NCBI GenBank assembly: GCA_048940925.1 | Contig: JBHLOC010000041.1 | Span: 23,965-42,558, forward strand | Direction: 5' to 3' | DNA from: Promethearchaeota archaeon | GTDB taxonomy: Archaea > Asgardarchaeota > Lokiarchaeia > Sigyniarchaeales > SOKP01 | DNA length: 18,594 nt | Shown here: piece by piece, positions 15,878 to 18,594 of the stretch | How the letters are laid out: every line of letters begins with the position of its first letter | Position numbering within the stretch: position 1 is the first letter of the stretch | Made by a program: the position numbers and the translations under genes | Notes under the pieces: generated by a model | The model's input: the letters and a program-made list of their open reading frames with translations, nothing else | What the model was told of the DNA's origin: nothing | Databases searched by the model: none

Positions 15878-17092
15878 CTAACTATTTTGAGCAACTCTTA
15901 TATGTTTTTTCAAATGTATTTTTTCGAGCAAATAATGACTTGATAGATAGCAAAGAATCACTGTTAAAGGAAATACAATGGCTAGTTTTATAATAGGATT
16001 AAGTTCTAAGGATGCAAATCCAAGGGATACAGCTACAAGGATAAGTGGATGAATAAGGTACATATGATATGCGCTAGTGGATAAGTTTCGTAATATAGGT
16101 CCTTGCTTGTTGAATTTTGCGTAAAAAACCTTAATCAAGACAAAAATAACTCCCATACAAATAATATTGTCTACCAAGGCGAATAGAAAAGCATGTAAAT
16201 TGGCTCCTCCTGTAAAATCTATGAAATCTACATCCATAGCTATAGCTATAAAAAAATCGATATAAATTACTACAAGTGAAATTAAAATTGTAATGAACCA
16301 GATTTTAGCATGTTTTTTAGAAATTTTTTCAAACCAAAGATATCTAACAGAAATAACTCCAATGCTGAACATCATTAGATATTGAATGAGCTGGCCCCAT
16401 GGGATTTCCAATGGACGAACATCTATAGGTAAGAATATACGAATTATAAACGTAAGACCTCCTAAACCAATAGCTAAAAGGAGTAGGTAAGAATATCTTG
16501 GGATAGACATTTGTTCTGGGATTTTTCGCTGTACTGAGCCCAATTTTGTTATTTGACGCCAAAGAGTATAAATCACAGTGAAGATTAATAACATTCTGAG
16601 AAACCACATAGGTCCTGCAAACGATATAAAATCAATGAAGTTTTCCCATGATAGAAATCTGCTGAAATAAAAATCTATAAAAGACCCTTGCAACATTGGT
16701 AAAGTATTCCAGGGGGGAATCCTTATCTTGGCTAGGGTATAAATCATAATGGGATTAATCAAAATAATATATAAAAAAAGAGGGATGCCAAGACGAATTA
16801 ATCGTTCTTTCCAGAAACTCCAAACACCTTTTCGATCATAACTTTTTGGAGTAAAATAACCCCCTAATAAAAAGAATAATCCTAAGAATGAGCTTTGAAA
16901 TACACCTCCAATTGAACTTAAAAGTAGAAAGAATATCTCACTGAAAGGATCGACTGGATTAGACTCTTTATAGTACCACCACCCCACCTCAACATAAGTG
17001 ACCATGGTGTGCCAAAAAATCACTAGAATAGTAAAAAGTAGCTTTATATTATCAAGGAAGAGGTATCGCACGCTCTTAGATTCTGTATTCAT
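15878..17092 (-). CDS. Acyltransferase-3 family (OpgC/OafA-like) membrane O-acyltransferase
   Basis: RYLFLDNIK...VIFWH, FFLLGGYF, KERLIRLGIP, GPMWFL and AYHMYLIHP motifs; about 10 TM segments. Confidence 0.9.
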   Translation of the reverse strand: MNTESKSVRYLFLDNIKLLFTILVIFWHTMVTYVEVGWWYYKESNPVDPFSEIFFLLLSSIGGVFQSSFLGLFFLLGGYFTPKSYDRKGVWSFWKERLIRLGIPLFLYIILINPIMIYTLAKIRIPPWNTLPMLQGSFIDFYFSRFLSWENFIDFISFAGPMWFLRMLLIFTVIYTLWRQITKLGSVQRKIPEQMSIPRYSYLLLLAIGLGGLTFIIRIFLPIDVRPLEIPWGQLIQYLMMFSIGVISVRYLWFEKISKKHAKIWFITILISLVVIYIDFFIAIAMDVDFIDFTGGANLHAFLFALVDNIICMGVIFVLIKVFYAKFNKQGPILRNLSTSAYHMYLIHPLILVAVSLGFASLELNPIIKLAIVFPLTVILCYLSSHYLLEKIHLKKHIRVAQNS

Positions 17093-17222
17093 AATAGCGT
17101 TTCATCTTCTTTTTATTCAATATAAATGTGATAATTTCAGATATAAACTTAATCTTTTTTTAGAAGTCTTAGCTTTTCAATGTTTTATTCAATTTCATTA
17201 AAATCTTTTTAAGAAATCTTTA

Positions 17223-17275
17223 TTGAAATTAGACGCTAAATTTACCTTTTTATCCAATTTTCACAGAAAATTTAA
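17223..17275 (+). repeat. Dispersed intergenic repeat, degenerate copy C
   Basis: TTGAAATTAGACGCTAAATTTACCTTTTTATCCAATTTTCACAGAAAATTT aligns along the length of copy A. Confidence 0.45.
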
Positions 17276-17355
17276 TTGTCAAATTAGAATTAAATAATTT
17301 TTTTTTTGCCTTTTAAATTATTTTAAATAAAAAAAATAAAAAGTTGGTGAACAGA

Positions 17356-17538
17356 ATGGATATAAAAAGAGCCAAAGAACTAATAAATGAATTAATTAAA
17401 TTGGTAGACCAAATTGATAAAGAAGAAATAAGTAGAATACCTGAAGACTATAAAAATGAAATACAAGTTAAGGTTTTGGCAATTCTAAATGAATTAGATA
17501 TAAGACCAAGCAAAGTTATGGCAAATCACAGACTATGA
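17356..17538 (+). CDS. Small helical hypothetical protein (60 aa)
   Basis: GGTGA RBS at 17346-17350, 5 nt before ATG 17356; amphipathic K/E/I/L-rich composition typical of real proteins. Confidence 0.6.
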   Translation: MDIKRAKELINELIKLVDQIDKEEISRIPEDYKNEIQVKVLAILNELDIRPSKVMANHRL

Positions 17539-17697
17539 AATGTAAGTAGTGAATGGATTTTCTTAAAGAAAAATTCTATATTAAAAAACAGTATATTACA
17601 ACTAAATATCATCCTTTATAGTGAAAATTTATTTAAAAATCAATATAGGCTAAGTAATAAGTGCTCTATTTCTAATTCATTTTTTCAAAGGAATTTT

Positions 17698-17730
17698 CAT
17701 TGAATTCAGACTTTGAATTTACCTTTCCAA
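17698..17730 (+). repeat. Dispersed intergenic repeat, copy B
   Basis: TCAGACTTTGAATTTACCTTTCC at 17706-17728. Confidence 0.6.
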
Positions 17731-18172
17731 AAAATAAGAAAAAATAAAATCTCTGCTCAAAAACATACTCCATCCTTCCCATCTCAAATAGATCACACTT
17801 TACTTCTCCGAACACTCTAAAACCCGAATGCCCTAAGCCTGAACCTTGTACTTCCTCTTTCAAAACCATACACTCGTGCTTTTGAGAGTGAATGGCTAAA
17901 TAGGACCCCCAAAACCAAATTTTACTTTTATGTAGATTTATTTTAATATTTTTTACGAATTTTCTGGATTGATAATTATATAATAGTATGATATTAAAAT
18001 GGCAAACATTTAAACATTAAACTTATCATGTTATTAGTAATTAAAAAAAAAATTAATGTGAAAAAGGTTGAGAGAGGGATTAATCTTATTACGTGGATAT
18101 AATTTCACAATAGAAGATTCCTCCTATGGATTTTCATATTTTCAGAAATTTAATTGAAATGAGGGAAAATTT

Positions 18173-18594
18173 ATGGCACCAAATGATTATTCAGCTCTTA
18201 AGGATGAGGTATTAGGTCTTATTGCTAACAAAAAGCACGGAAATGTTGTGAAGAAGCTGTTAGGGGGGTTTAAAAAGCTTACACCAGATGATTATGATGC
18301 GATGGGTGAGATTTTCAAGGCAATTATCGAAGCAGATGTGGAGCAATTCAATGATAAAATATATAAAGGGTTTATGTTCATGGCTTCAGCGAGATATGGA
18401 CCAAAACTGGTTAATTTTGAAAAGCATTTCATTAAGAACTTTTGTAAGCTTCCAGGTGAGGAATTTAAGGTAATTACAGATGGATGGCTTCAAGACGGCA
18501 ATTCGGAAATCACTGGGATGCTTTACATATCGAATTTTAGGATTATTGCTTCAGGAAAGAAGGAAATTAAACAAGCGAGATTAAGTGGAATGGG
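18173..18594 (+). CDS. Hypothetical protein, 5' part only, possibly with a GRAM/PH-like domain; missing from the ORF track
   Basis: GAGGG RBS, then an open frame of 140 codons to the window edge: MAPNDYSALKDEVLGLIANKK...KLPGEEFKVITDGWLQDGNSEITGMLYISNFRIIASG... Confidence 0.8.
   Translation, partial: MAPNDYSALKDEVLGLIANKKHGNVVKKLLGGFKKLTPDDYDAMGEIFKAIIEADVEQFNDKIYKGFMFMASARYGPKLVNFEKHFIKNFCKLPGEEFKVITDGWLQDGNSEITGMLYISNFRIIASGKKEIKQARLSGM

Noticed and set aside
16344-17201. ORFs 16344-16607 (-) and 16998-17201 (+)
   Set aside because: They overlap the acyltransferase gene in an alternative frame or antisense.
14948-17730. The dispersed repeat as a CRISPR array
   Set aside because: Copies are hundreds to thousands of bases apart with genes between them; no regular spacers and no cas genes.
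17672-17869. 65-aa minus-strand ORF
   Set aside because: No motif, runs through repeat copy B and low-complexity sequence; not supportable as a CDS.
18288-18473. 61-aa plus-strand ORF
   Set aside because: Out-of-frame overlap with the longer CDS starting at 18173.

Overview
AT-rich archaeal DNA. The Rab-like GTPase without a prenylation tail, two AOR paralogues, the PAS histidine kinase and the GGTGA/GGAGG ribosome-binding sites point to an Asgard archaeon of the Lokiarchaeia type (inference). The window holds an Fe-ADH plus AOR pair, a solitary amino-methyltransferase, a DUF998-like membrane protein, a small GTPase, a two-component system, an HdrD/GltD-fusion > AOR > FeS-subunit redox cluster, an MBL hydrolase, an acyltransferase-3 protein and several small or truncated ORFs. 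Main discovery: the AOR-associated 4x[4Fe-4S] subunit gene (9183-9805, minus), which the ORF track splits in two, is interrupted by two short inserts of 30 nt and 32 nt. Each sits inside a CxxCxxCxxxC motif and each folds into a bulge-helix-bulge (BHB or BHB-like) structure. The standard BHB cut positions restore the Cys motifs and the reading frame exactly. These are candidate tRNA-type introns in a metabolic protein-coding gene. Also notable: an HdrD-like protein with a permuted GltD/NfnB module inserted in a CCG domain, probable non-canonical start codons, two cryptic gene remnants and a dispersed intergenic repeat.
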